Assembly (NCBI GenBank): GCA_009602725.1
Contig: WELB01000024.1
Span: 733,764-774,044 of the forward strand
Direction of reading: 5' to 3'
DNA length: 40,281 bases
Source: Spirogloea muscicola
Lineage: Eukaryota
This document shows, piece after piece, positions 1 to 11,813 of this stretch. The notes below the pieces were generated by a model. The model was not told where the DNA came from. It searched no databases and was given only the letters and a program-made list of their open reading frames with translations. The translations under genes and the position numbers were made by a program. How positions within the stretch are numbered: position 1 is the first letter of the stretch; every line of letters starts with the position of its first letter.

Positions 1-129
1 GACCCCCCCCCCCCCGCGCCCCTTTTAAGGGCGCGCCGCCTGCATTGGCAACGGCAAGCCCGTCTCGCCAGGCTACTCCACCCGCTTCCCCGGCCGCCCC
101 CGCTCGCCGCCCAGCTCCGGCCCCGCGCC

Positions 130-1763
130 ATGGGCCGCGGCCGCCCCCCGCCCCTCGCCCCCCTGCTGCTGCCGCTGCTCCTCGTCGCCGCCGCCCTCCA
201 ATGCCAGCCCGCCGGTCCGTCGCCCTGCCTCGCCCTCCCCGCCGTGCCTGCTTCTGCTCTGCGCGCAGCCGCTCGCTCGCGCCCCGCGCCCCTGCGTGCT
301 GCTCGAGTGTGCTCTCGGCTCTCGCTGCCCAGCTGCACCAGGCGGCCGATAGGGCTTGTCAGCTCCGGCCCCGAGGCATTGGCACAAATGTGCTGGCACA
401 TAAGTGCCCTGCAAACGGAATCGCTCACACTCATCACTTCTGGGGTGCAACAAGCCCTAAACCCTAAACTCAGCACTCCGCTTCTTTCTCAATTACGCAC
501 TGTAGAGGCGGACGCCGATGTCATGTGGTTCCTCGGAGCCTCGACGAAGGACCTCAGCCCCACCATCAAGGTTGGCGAGAAGGTCACCTGGACTTGGTCC
601 GACACCAAGCCCCACGCTGTCCAAGGTGAGCCACCGCTTACTTACAGCATTGTGCTGCCGACAGACCTGCATTTTCTTCTGTGAAGCCCTAGAGCAGATC
701 GCGAACACACTGCCGAAGTCCACTCGACGGGCAGAGCCTAGTTCCAGTGCCTTGCAGGCAGGCTAGCTGCTCTTGCTTTTCTGCCCCTCCCATGGACACA
801 CCAATTTCACATCCTGGGCTTGTAAGCGCAACGCTCATACCAAAATGATCAGAAATAATGGTTGTCCTGTCAGTCCAGAGATCAGGGGCAGATTGAACGC
901 TCCGCTTCGTTGATTTGCATGCTCAGGGGTGGGCCTAGATCTTATTGCATCAATTACATTCTTTGACATGACTTGCAGTGTGCAGCAGCAGCTGGCCTCA
1001 CGACTGCAATGCATCTGAGTAGGTGAGACTTGCAAAAGTAGTGCACGGCTACATGTTCTAATGGTTTCTTCCTGTGCACTGGTTTTGTCACGGCTCTCTG
1101 ACAGACAAATCTGGAAAAGTCACTTATACTGGATCTGGAAGTGCACCAAACTTCGTCAATCAGATGGGCTTCAAATACTCGCATACGTTCACGACCGCTG
1201 GGTCTTTCTCTTACAACTGCTTCATTCACCAAGACGCCATGGCTGGGACCATCACTGTCCAAGGTATTCCCAACACCCTCCATCACATGTTCCAGAAACC
1301 ATGGCCAATCCCAGCACAGCACTGACTACATTCTTGTAACCTATGTGGCTATGATAATGCATGCTGCTTGGTGAGCGACTTCAATCACTGACGGCTGCAG
1401 CATATTCATGTGTACCATGCTATTATGAACCAAGTACAAATTGAAACTCCTTGAGCATGTGAATATTTACAATTGGTTGGCTGTTTATGGCAATCAGCTG
1501 CAGCTTCTTCGCCTCCAGTGGCAGGCAAGGTCCCGCCACCAGCTGTCAAAAAGATCCCTCCTCCAGCTGTCAAGAAGAGCCCCCCTCCAGCTGTGAAGAA
1601 GAGCCCCCCTCCTGCCAACAACAACGGTTATGGCTATCCTCCTCCACCTGATGACGACGATGAGACCTATCCTCCTCCATCACATAAGAAAGGCCATCAC
1701 TCAAAGGGTGGACACCACAGCAAGACCAAGGGCCACCACCCCGCTGGTACTGGACACCACTGA
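130..1763 (+). CDS. Secreted type-1 copper (plastocyanin/amicyanin-like) cupredoxin with Pro/Lys-rich extensin-like and His-rich C-terminal tail; 4 exons
   Basis: Exons 130-214, 506-625, 1105-1263, 1498-1763 join in frame across three phase-1 GT-AG introns. Signal peptide LAPLLLPLLLVAAALQCQPA; cupredoxin motifs TIKVGEKVTWTW, PHAV, YSHTFTTAGSFSYNCFIHQDAMAGTITV (His, Cys, His, Met ligands); tail of PPPAVKK repeats, GYGYPPPPDDDDE and GHH repeats. Confidence 0.85.
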
Positions 1764-4252
1764 AGATTGAGCTGCTTTACCAAAGTGGGCGACTGCTGCG
1801 AGAGGCCAGCCCATGGATTGCTTGACTAGGCTCACAGAAGCCGGATAGCATTATGTGGGAATGTGAAGTTCCTGAGAAGGGGATGGATAGTACACGAGGG
1901 GGCAGATGCATTCACTGACTTCAGTAGACACATGCTCCTACTGTACATCAGCTGCACTTCTGTGACACCACAACATATGTATAAATTTGATGTGAATCTT
2001 TGCCTCCTGTCGTCACACCTCCCGGCCTTGAAAGATAAGCATGAATTAGTAGCAGGACCACCTCGATTTACGCGTGCGGTCAGGTCTTTCTTGGTCCTAA
2101 TTGATGCCTTCCCAGCAGAATCTGCTTCCCAGGCAATCTGCGTCGCAGAAAGTTTGACTAACAACAGCTCCGCTTAGTGTGGCGAGTTTGAGTGACATTC
2201 AGATCGAGACTTCAGCTCCCCAGAACTTCTCATCTTCAACTCTTCGAACTCCTCTTCAACGTCTATCCCTACAGCGGTCCTAAGTGCCCGCTTTGCACAA
2301 CCGAGCCGGTCGCGCCCTTGCAGAAGCCTCTGCCTTGCGCAGTGGGGTTGCCCGTCCTCCCAGCAGCTCATCTCATTTCCTGCTGCTGACACGGGGGTAC
2401 TAAGAGCGCCCTGTCTGCTTAGCCTGTGGCTCTGCTTATGCAGTCATGAACACTCTTTGTAAGCACCTGGCTGGCTTTTACAGCCGCTCTTTCAATATCA
2501 GCAGCCGCATTCCTCTTCTTGCTTCAATGGCACCCTCATGTACTTCTCTACCAGTTTCAAAATAAGCTCCCGCTTCATCGAATATCACAAATGCGATGAT
2601 AAGAAATGTTGTACATTCACTCTGATTTGTCAGAAGGTTCCAATAGCCTGCGGTCATTTCCACATGAGCGTTGACAATCTCATCAGCTACAATGTGGCAG
2701 CCGTTCTTGCAGCTTATCTTACTTCAACCTTCGAAGAAAGTCACAAACGTTCGAAGAGATCCCACGATGACATGCAAAGAAGTTGCTTATATGCCCTACA
2801 GTCATATTTAAGCAGCCAGTACCCATGACTAATCTATGTCATCTAGTACGCTCTTGACCAATGTACATTGCCTGAACGAGACTTGCTTCCTGCATTGATG
2901 TACCGTCAATGTCACTTATTTGAAGACTGTCAATGAATTCTGTGGACATTCCTGTTGTATTTCATGATGGCGCAACGCCATCGCAACCTTCGCACAGCAG
3001 TCAGACACACGAGTTAGCTTGTGTTCTCTCACTGGATGAGGAAAGACCTTGAGAGCGTTCCCGTCATTGTTGACGTAGGGCTACAATGCAACGCCTTACA
3101 CCCTCTGCATCAGTGTCTTGTGCACGAGCAAGATAGGCCAGATACATAACTGGATGGTAGCAGTAAGTGCTACTTATGCTGGTGGGACCCACCTTCAAGC
3201 TCAGAGCTTCATCACCTATCCACCAACAGCAGTCTCTAGATACATATGCTTTGACATGCTTGAAAAGCCCTGTACTTCGGACAGCCTGGGGAAGGTTTTG
3301 TTTGCGAGTGTTACTGATGTCCAAGAACGTACAAGTCATAATTGAGAGGTTTGGGTGATGGAATCTTGGAAAGGACAAGTTGGCAGCTCTTGGCAACGAC
3401 AAAGATTTGCAGATTTTGTCTTGTAAAGCTGAATGACATCTGCCGTTCGTACGCAGCAGGCAGTAGTACCCATACTTGGCCATGCTGTAGTCAGGAACGG
3501 CATCGTAGGTTGCACAGCTCAAGTGGGGTATGATGCCTGTGAATGCACGTAGAGACGCACTCTGCCTGGACATCTATACTGGGCAGGCAAACGTTGGCCG
3601 TAGCGCTGCAGGCTCCTGCTGGTCGTTATACTGAGGGGCGACTGTGCCTTCAACACGGGCAGGCCCTGCAACTGTGGCGCGGTTTATGTCTTTCTTCTGA
3701 ATCTCGTTGGCACCCCTTCCTAAGTGGCTATTCGTCCTAGCCACTGTCTTCTGTGAAAGCACAGATGTTTCTGGGGTCATGCAGGCCCTCAGCCGGAGGA
3801 AGGCGTGACGACAATGCGTGCAGCTTAAGGCCTTGCAACCATTTGGTCCAAGTGTGCTTGAAGTAGTTGAAGGTATACAGCGCTCACACGCAGCCGAGTC
3901 TCGACAAGGCCTGCGCATGACACGTGGCTACTCGGGGCGAGTGGTGATCTGCCTTGCCGACTGGCCCGACCAGGCACGGCCTGTGACGGGCACAGGCACA
4001 GCCCGTCTGAAGGCAAGAGCCAGTCGTGGCGCTGACCAGGGGAAACAAGATCCGCAAATCACCAAAGAATGCATCCGAGCGGGAGCTGCTCTTAGCAGTA
4101 AGTGCCAGTATGGATGTGAACACCGGAGATTGAGGCAACCACTTGTACAGCTGCATCAGTCGGCTGAAACTGGACCAACGATACTTCTCCAGTAGAGGGC
4201 GATGGCTGTGAGTGGCCTTCTGGTTTCCTCTGCAAAGGACAACAAAAGAAAG

Positions 4253-4472
4253 GAAGCGCGGCCAAATTGACTGGTGGCCGGGAAAGGCCAGCCCAAAGGA
4301 ATGGACAAGGTCTGAAGAAGCCGGAGTGCGAAGGACTAGGACTAAGACATCAGCCAGGGAACGCTCAGTAACCTCTAGTCAGGAGATGCAAGTCTGAGTA
4401 GCTAGCCAGCGGAAAGACGTCGCCCTGACCGATGAAAGCCGGAGGCCGCCAAAGGCCTGCGCGCACGTGAAC
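4253..4472 (-). mobile_element. 3' end of RLE-type non-LTR retrotransposon (subfamily D), 5'-truncated
   Basis: Minus strand encodes VHVRAG...QGDVFPLASYSDLHLLTRGY* (stop 4365) followed by a 3' UTR with hairpin at 4276-4294; inverted, diverged copy of 4751-5117. Confidence 0.85.
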
Positions 4473-4499
4473 AAAAAAAGAGGTGGACCGACGGGGTTG

Positions 4500-5117
4500 C
4501 TCACCCCAGATGAAGGGAACGGAAGTACTCGGATCACCCGGTGGGAGACGAGTTCTTTCCACTGGCAGTCGACGTGCACGGAGCCTATGGCTCGAAATGG
4601 CTTGACTTGCTCCACCGCCTGGCGCGGCGTGCAGCGGCCCGCCGCCTCGGGCAGCAGGGCGAGCAGCCCGGCTTCAATGTCGCCGGGTCCCTCGCTCAAG
4701 TTTTCCGTATGCGTTCGGCCGTCTCGATGCAGCGGTCCCTTGCCTTCGCGGTTCACTTGCGCGCAGGCCGAGCTTTGGCAGGCGGCCTCCGGCTTCCGTC
4801 AGGGCGACGTCTTTCCGCCAGCTAGCTACTCGGACTTGCGTCTCCTGACTAGAGCTTACTGAGCAGAAGAAGGGCTCGCCCATGGAGAATATGGGCTGGA
4901 ACAGCCAGCCCAAAAAAGAATGAACAGTGTACAAGAAGAGGGGGGGGGAAGCCAGGCGAAGCCCTAAGGCGAAGCAGCAGAAATGACAAGCACACAAGAA
5001 ACTGAGCGTTCCCTGGCTGATGTCTTAGTCCTAGTCGTTCGCACTCAGGCTCCCTCTGACCTTGTCCATTCCTTTGGGCTGGCCGTTCCCAGCCACCAGT
5101 CAATCTGGCCGCGCTTC
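4500..5117 (+). mobile_element. 3' part of RLE-type non-LTR retrotransposon (subfamily D), interrupted by an antisense insertion
   Basis: Encodes DEFFPLAVDVHGAYGSKWLDLL...RMRSAVSMQRSLAFAVHLRAGRALA then, after a frameshift, QGDVFPPASYSDLRLLTRAY*; homologous to 13105-13413; 3' UTR hairpin at 5076-5094. Confidence 0.85.
4865..5000 (-). mobile_element. 136-bp solo 3' UTR of retrotransposon subfamily B with 7-bp target-site duplication
   Basis: Closely matches 38921-39049; flanked by ACTGAGC at 4858-4864 and 5001-5007; the insert is absent from the paralogous copy at 4253-4472. Confidence 0.9.
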
Positions 5118-5893
5118 TCCTAAGGGTGGTGCGCTGAGGAGCTGGCGGGGCGGGCGCGCCACGGCGGCGGGGGGGGGGCGACAGCGCCGCCCTGCGCGAG
5201 CACGTGGGCGCGAATATTCGCTCTCCCGGCGGGCCCCGCAGCTTGCCGCTCACAAACCCCCCCTCCCCCACCTCACCCCCCAAAACCCCACCCCACCCCC
5301 ACCCACGGTCGCCGATGCAGCGGAGCTTGGCCACCAAGGCTGCTGCCCGCGGGAGCCCCCACCGCCCTTTCCCCCGTCTCTCCTCTCTTTCCCCCGTCTC
5401 GCTTCGATCGTGGGCTGGCCCGTCCGCAGCCATCACCTCCCCGTTGGAAGCGCTGCTTCTTCTTCTGGGCCCATCTGCCCTCCACCATTTCCTGGTTATC
5501 TGGCCAGCTCGGCCACCGCCCTGTGCCCTCCGGGCTGCCGCTGCCGCGCCGTTCACAGCTTGCTCTGCACCCTCGCCTCCATCGCCCCGTCGTTCGCCAC
5601 CCATCAGTCGTTGCTGCTGCTGGCTCGCCGTCGGGCCAGCGCTTCGCCGCCGAGGTGCGCCTGCATTGCTGCGTGCACGCTCCCCTGCTGGCCCGCAGGC
5701 TGCCCGTTCAAGCGGGCCGCCCAACCGGCCAGCCGGGCTGCCTGGCGGCCAGCCCAGACCCCGTGAGCAGCCCAGCCCTTTTCTGGCTGGTGGGATCCTC
5801 TCTCCCAGCGTGCAGTCTGTCGTTTCTTACACTGACTCTTTGGTCCCGAGCAGGCTGCAGCAGTAACACACTGCCGGCTCCAAGGAGCACAAG

Positions 5894-7641
5894 ATGGCCA
5901 TGCGGGCCTTTCTTCTGGCGGCCCTCTCGATTGCTTGCTCTTACCTCCCTTCCAGTGACGCTCAACGATACTTGGTCATTGGCGATGACCAGTACCACAC
6001 GGAGCCCTGGTCGCAGCTTTACATCAACTACACGCTCTGGACTCAGAAGCACCCATTGTACGCTGGTGACGTTGTTGGTGAGAGCCGCTGGCTTTACTTG
6101 ACTTCCTACGCCTTTCACGTCAGCCCTCCCTGCAAAGACAGCCCTCCCTGCAATGGAGCTGGTGCAGGCTCGCAGACCTGCTTCTCGTGTTCGGTTTGGT
6201 TGTTGGGTCACACTGCTTTGTGGGATTTTATTGGCATGCTAAGCAGCTCTCTGAGTAGGAGTCCAGGAATGCCAAGCTGGTCTCAGATCTCAAAAACTCG
6301 TTCAGCTAGTAGTCTGTACTTTCAAGAGGCAGTCATCTATGAAAGCTTGACATGAACATAGCTACTTCCAATTTTCTAAAGCCAAAAACACACACATCCA
6401 CTGCAAGCACTTGAGTCTGTAACTAGGAATGCAAGCGCATAAAATCTCTATATTTGATATGCACTCTTTTGAGAGTTGCCAGCTCCTGACATTCACATTG
6501 TCTTGCAACGTCCTTTGGCGTTTATTTACCTACATACTGGTGCAACAGTTTTCAAATATTTGTGAGCAACCTAAATTGACCCAGTCCTTACTTGCTGGTC
6601 CAGCTACGGCATGTGTGAGGCGCTCTATATCTTGTCGACATTCAGACATGCCTTGCAGTAGGTCAAGTTGATGCATGTCAGCGACACACTTAGAGTTGAA
6701 GGCTCTTCAGAAGAGCATTTAGGCTGTCTCTTGAGAGGTCAGGCGATAACAACTAGCTTGCTGTCATGTCACTGACAAATGTCAACTGGACACCTTGTGT
6801 GCTATTTCAGCCAAGACGAGCACAATGTCTGGCAGCTGTCAAACCAGAAGGCGTGGAAGAATTGCGACTTCTCAAAAGGCTTCTTAGTAGCAGATGGAGG
6901 TGCCGGAGTGGGAACCGGGTTCTGGGTGACTGTTCTCAATACTCCCCAGTATTTTGCAGACGGCACCTTTGGCTACTGTGAGCTTGGCCAGAAGGTAAGA
7001 CTGGCTGTCATTACCACTGTCGCCTTGGAGATATTTATGTTGCCCCGAAGGAATCCTGCAGATACTCAGATGCTCTGATATTAGCAGTTGAGGTACGAGT
7101 GAAGTTGATGCACTACTTGCCATCCTGAAGGCAACCTTGGTGAGATCGAGCATTTGCAGATCATAATCAAGGCAACTTTGGGGCCACTGCCAACGAAGTA
7201 TAAGAACATTCCTGTGCCTGCTGCAGTCTATCCCAAGCACAGGGCTCCACCACCACGTAAGAGCCCTCTGCAGATGCTCACTTGGCCACTGTGTATAGCC
7301 AACCATCTGCATGACACATTCACATGCCAGTCTAGTGAAAGGAACCACTAATTCTCTAGGGCAAGCACATAGTCTCAAATGCTTTTAGAGTCATGATACT
7401 GCAAACTGAGAATGCAGTGTCTCTCTATGCTGCTGTTATACCATTGCTTGCCCGTGTCTCTCCAATTTGATGTACATAAGTCAATCGTTTAGTTGCACTT
7501 TGATGCATCACTCTTCTATGAATCTTCACAACAAGGCTTTCACTTGAACTCGGTTGTGCAGCTAAGCGTAAGAGTACGGCCAAGAGACCTCCTCCGCCAG
7601 CAAAGAAGGTCAAGGTGAAGACAAAGACGAACGGCCAATAG
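5894..7641 (+). CDS. Phytocyanin / early nodulin-like (ENODL) secreted protein with Pro/Lys-rich tail; 5 exons
   Basis: Exons 5894-6077, 6549-6561 (13-nt microexon), 6811-6994, 7160-7256, 7562-7641 join in frame. Signal peptide; NYTLW..HPLYAGDVVVFKY..EHNVWQL..AWKNCD...YFADGTFGYCELGQKI follows the phytocyanin pattern; tail KRPPPPAKKVK. Confidence 0.85.
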
Positions 7642-8476
7642 GACACCTTCAGATGGCCTGTAGGCGAGTGTTGAGGCTTCACCTGCCTGTGCTGCTCTGT
7701 ATCTAGCCTTTGACCAAGTGCTAGGTCAGCTTGGTCAGCCTCTTATCAAAAGGATAAGTCACAGGAGGCTGGAATGAGCTGCAAGCTTTTCCAGAATCTC
7801 CTGAGCCTGAAGCAAGGCGAGGGGCTGCTGTTTTCAAGTACTTCAAGTATTATCAGACACGGTAGCCCATTCATATGCCATGACGGTGCAGCAGCTGACT
7901 CTACCTGCTACACTCTGCTATGAGAGACAGTGATGGCCACATTGTGCCTTAGATGTTTTACGATAACAGCCACTTGAAGGTGGCATGCCTGGCCGAAAGG
8001 GCTACTAGTAAATACCACAGAACATGCTAGAGGCGAGCGGTGCCCTGCCAGCTACCAGCTGGGGGAGAATGAAAGACAAGGGTGGCAGTACAGGAGCAGC
8101 ATGCAGGCATGAGCATCAGTAGAACAGCCAATCCTGCTTCTGCTAAAGTCAATGAAGGAGAGCAGGCAAAGACAGGCTGCCTTTGGATTGTGGAAAGTAG
8201 GCAGAAGTGACTGTTCGATTCTAAGAGTTGCCGAAAGTTGCCAGGTGAGATGGATGCGAGTTTGAGGTTGGCCATATCTGTTGCTCCAGTGGGAAGCTAG
8301 CTGGCCGCCTCTCCCTTGTCGCGTGAGGTCAGGTGCAACAGTTGCCTTGCCGCAGGGACACTCTCGTGCAATCCATATGCGCAGCTGCCTCCAGCACATG
8401 GTGCAAGGTGCAGGCCACCAACCCCATATGCAACATAAGAGTAACCGCCACAAGTGGAACATAGTTGCTCAGGCTC

Positions 8477-11400
8477 TCAGCTCCCGCCGGCCTTGTTCTG
8501 CTCCAACTTCTTCCCATTGACCCGTGGCGACAGCAAGGTTGGAGATGGGAGGCGAGGGGACAACAGGCGCCGCTCGTCGCTGTTGCTAATGATCTCAAGT
8601 CTGCTTCTACTATCAGAGCGTTGAAGAGAAAGGGGTGTTGCCATGTACTCTTCGCCTCTCAATTGGGCTAGCAACTCAGCTTTGTCTTCAGCTATGTGAG
8701 GTAAGGTCTTCACATATGCGCTTGAGTGACCTCTTCCGTCTAGGTCATCCAAGGCAGTGCCTGACTCGCCGTGATTGTGATGACTTAGTCTTCCTTCCTT
8801 CATCTTGTGATACCTGCTCGAAGTCATTGTAACTTGAGAAACGGAAGGCCAAGAGCAAGTCACAGCAGAATAAAAGCAAAATAGCAGTCACAGCTGCAAT
8901 TGACAACCGAGGGGACAAGCTTGACTTACTTGTAGACATTAAAAAGAGAGACGCCGACCATGATGATTATCAGGCCAACAATGTTGATTGCTGTGAATCT
9001 GTCATTAAAGACAACATGTGATACCTGCAGAAGTCACAGATTCAAAGTCAAACAAGTCATTACTTGACCTGCATAGCCAAGCTTCCAACATTGTGCCATT
9101 TGAAACTAATTACCAAGCAAGCATGCCTCCTCTTTGTTGTGCACAGGACTCAGATTTGCCATAAACAGATAGAGTAGACAGATTTGCACCAGGATTGTGA
9201 GACCCTCCTTCACCACCCCGGCCACTGTGAATGTCACAGCACTTGTCTCAGAGATCAGGAGAAACTCTGACATGATCTGCAAGCAACGTCAAGTTAAGAT
9301 AAGTGATGTAGTGGCTGCATCTTGTATGACTACTAGACAAGGTCTACAGGCACAATTTGAGCAAGAGGTGAGGCATGTTTCAGAATGAGAGATATGACAT
9401 TGATCAAGTTAGTTAGTAACAATGCACATGCTCAAGCCACACAATTGGGTAGGACTCACAGTAAAACTTACAGCAAGATAGTCATTCAGGAAAAATTCTC
9501 ATGCATACAAGCAGGCAAATTCACAAGTATGCAAGAGCTTTCACAACTTACCATGCAAAATGCCAGTGACCCTCCAGCAACCATGATGGCTATACTTATG
9601 TATATGTGCCTTGGAGTGTCAAAATAGGGCGTCCTGCCAAGCTTTCCCCAAGGCTCAAAAGCGAACGAGAGGAGCCCCATACTTATGGACATGACAGGAG
9701 TCAGGTAGTACAGAGTCACAATCGGATTTGACAGACCTACAATGGTGACAGTGATCATATCATGTCAGTACACAAGAGCTGGCCAGCAGGGATGTCACAA
9801 GCGAGCCTACTTCAAGAAAATGCAGATGCCCAACCTGCAAGTATGAGATGGGCAAAAGCACAGCAAATCGTAGTATGAGAAGATGCGCCAAGCCCTCATT
9901 GCTGTGTGGCTGCGGAACATATCGCTCACCAAGCTTGTCTTTCTACTTTCCAAATAGTTTGAAAGCGCGACCAGAAATAGGGCACAGTGCAAGTCACAAG
10001 AACACATCAGTTTCAATTACTACTGGTACTGATGCTTGCACATAGCAAGTGAGCTTTATGCATACAACCATGAACAAACTGCCTTTATGAAACTGCCTTT
10101 GCTCGATGTCTTTCATCCACAAGCCTCCAAACATGACTCCCATGCTATGAGGGCAGGGCAATGTAACAGGTTAAACTAACCTGCAACAAGATCTGGATAA
10201 GAGCCCACCTAAACCCTGACATAAGTGCGGCCAGCATCACGAGCAGGAAGCCCATCACATGGAATTCTGTCTCGCCAGCAACTGATACAGAACATGCACG
10301 GTTCTGATCAGCAACTCCTAGCCCTCATTGTTACTGGAATGCATATGTTACACTATGAACATACTGTTAAACAAGCTGGCTTTGAAGGGGCAGAGCACCG
10401 CAGCACAGTCTCAGCATCATCCTGAACGAAGCTGTGTCCAGGTAATATACAGGAGAGTCTCACTCTCATCTGCTATAGAATGTGCGTTCATCTCTTCACA
10501 AAGGCTGAGCCACAAAAGGATGGACTGCAAATCTGATGATTTCACAAGGTGACGTCTGATAGAGAATGATCTGGTAGGAAAGGCAGCTAACCTGTAAATA
10601 GAACCCCAATGGAAATGACCACTATTACTCCTAAAAGCTTGTAACTTGGTGTTTCCAATCTGGAGAAAGGAATGTCAGAATATGTGTTAATCAAGCATGG
10701 TCTTCTCATAGCCACTACACTGTAAGCTGTCTGTCACCTCAGTAAGTCTATCAACAGCCTTCTCCACAGCCTCGTCAGGTGCACATGAGATTAGGTCCTC
10801 ACTGGAAAGCGAAGGCGAAGATGAGGAGGAAGACAGGGGCACTGGACTTGCACTGCACATTGCAGGACAGTTAGCATTGACAGATTATGTAGAAGTACAA
10901 AGATAACAAGGGTGACGCATCTGGTGCTAGCATATCTGTATGGTGCTTTCTTCACAAAGTATATGGTAGCCTGCTGTAGGTGGACAGTTGACTGACCATG
11001 GTGTAGAATGTCAAAGTAATGAAACCTAAAGAGAGATTGGAGAGACCAATGTCAAGGGCGGTTGAGAGGCTTGTTGGAATGACTGCGTTACACAAGACAG
11101 CCAATACCACGTGAGAGACTCCAACCAGACCATCCACTTGTCAGGTCCCTGATAGATTGACACCACCTAGCTAGCTCCTGAGTAGGCAAGTAGCTCCTAG
11201 AAGCACTTCAAGCTGCTGGCCTTGATTGTCCTCGCGCTCCATGTAGAGAAGCACTCCAAGCTGCTAGCAACAGGTGGAAATTTGACGTACTCCGCAGCAG
11301 GTAGTCCTTCCAAGGTATAGGGTCAGCTGGCCCCTCCGAAGAGCAGCAGCAAGCAAGGAAAAGACCAGATATTGCAAATTGCATGGTGAAGTGGATGGTC

Positions 11401-11813
11401 GTCATGAGCAGAGGAGCCGGGAATTTCCCATGCTTGGCTCCAATGAGGAACTTATTGTACCTGCGCTCCAGGAGGCCTTGCCGGACCAGTCAAGCATCTC
11501 CTTTCTCTTCCTCTCAGTATGAGAGAGCCTCTTTAGGCTTAATGCCGCTTGACAACTGTCTGCGCTACTGGGTGTGCATTCACAGGAGTACAGAGCCGTC
11601 CCCGCCGAGACGAGCGAGAGCCAGTTGGCAGCGGGGCCGCCGTCGCTCTCAGGCGCCAGCGCCCGCTGAAACTCACAGGCTGAGGAGGGTGCTGAAGAAG
11701 AACCACAGGAGGACATACAGCCCGGTCCTGAACGCAGCGACCAGCGTCTTGGCGGACGGCGCGTCGGCCACCCTCATCTCCGGCCCCTCTGGGCCCTCGT
11801 GGGCCTCCGACAT
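8477..11813 (-). CDS. Nucleotide-sugar / sugar-phosphate translocator, TPT family (SLC35C2-like; resembles Arabidopsis At1g06470 from memory); ~11 exons
   Basis: Approximate exons 11813-11677, 11459-11291, 11082-10998, 10852-10803, 10660-10592, 10281-10181, 9942-9930, 9736-9552, 9276-9190, 9023-8931, 8813-8477. Motifs VLLWFFFSTLLSLYNK, FPAPLLMTTIHF, TALDIGLSNLSL..ITLTFYTMCKSSAPVFLLIFAFAFRLE, SGFRW..QILLQ, EFLLISETSAVT..VAGVVKE. Start codon uncertain. Confidence 0.88.

Noticed and set aside
4849..5866. Several 190-290 aa ORFs upstream of the phytocyanin
   Set aside because: GC-rich promoter/5'-UTR sequence with few stops; no recognisable domain.
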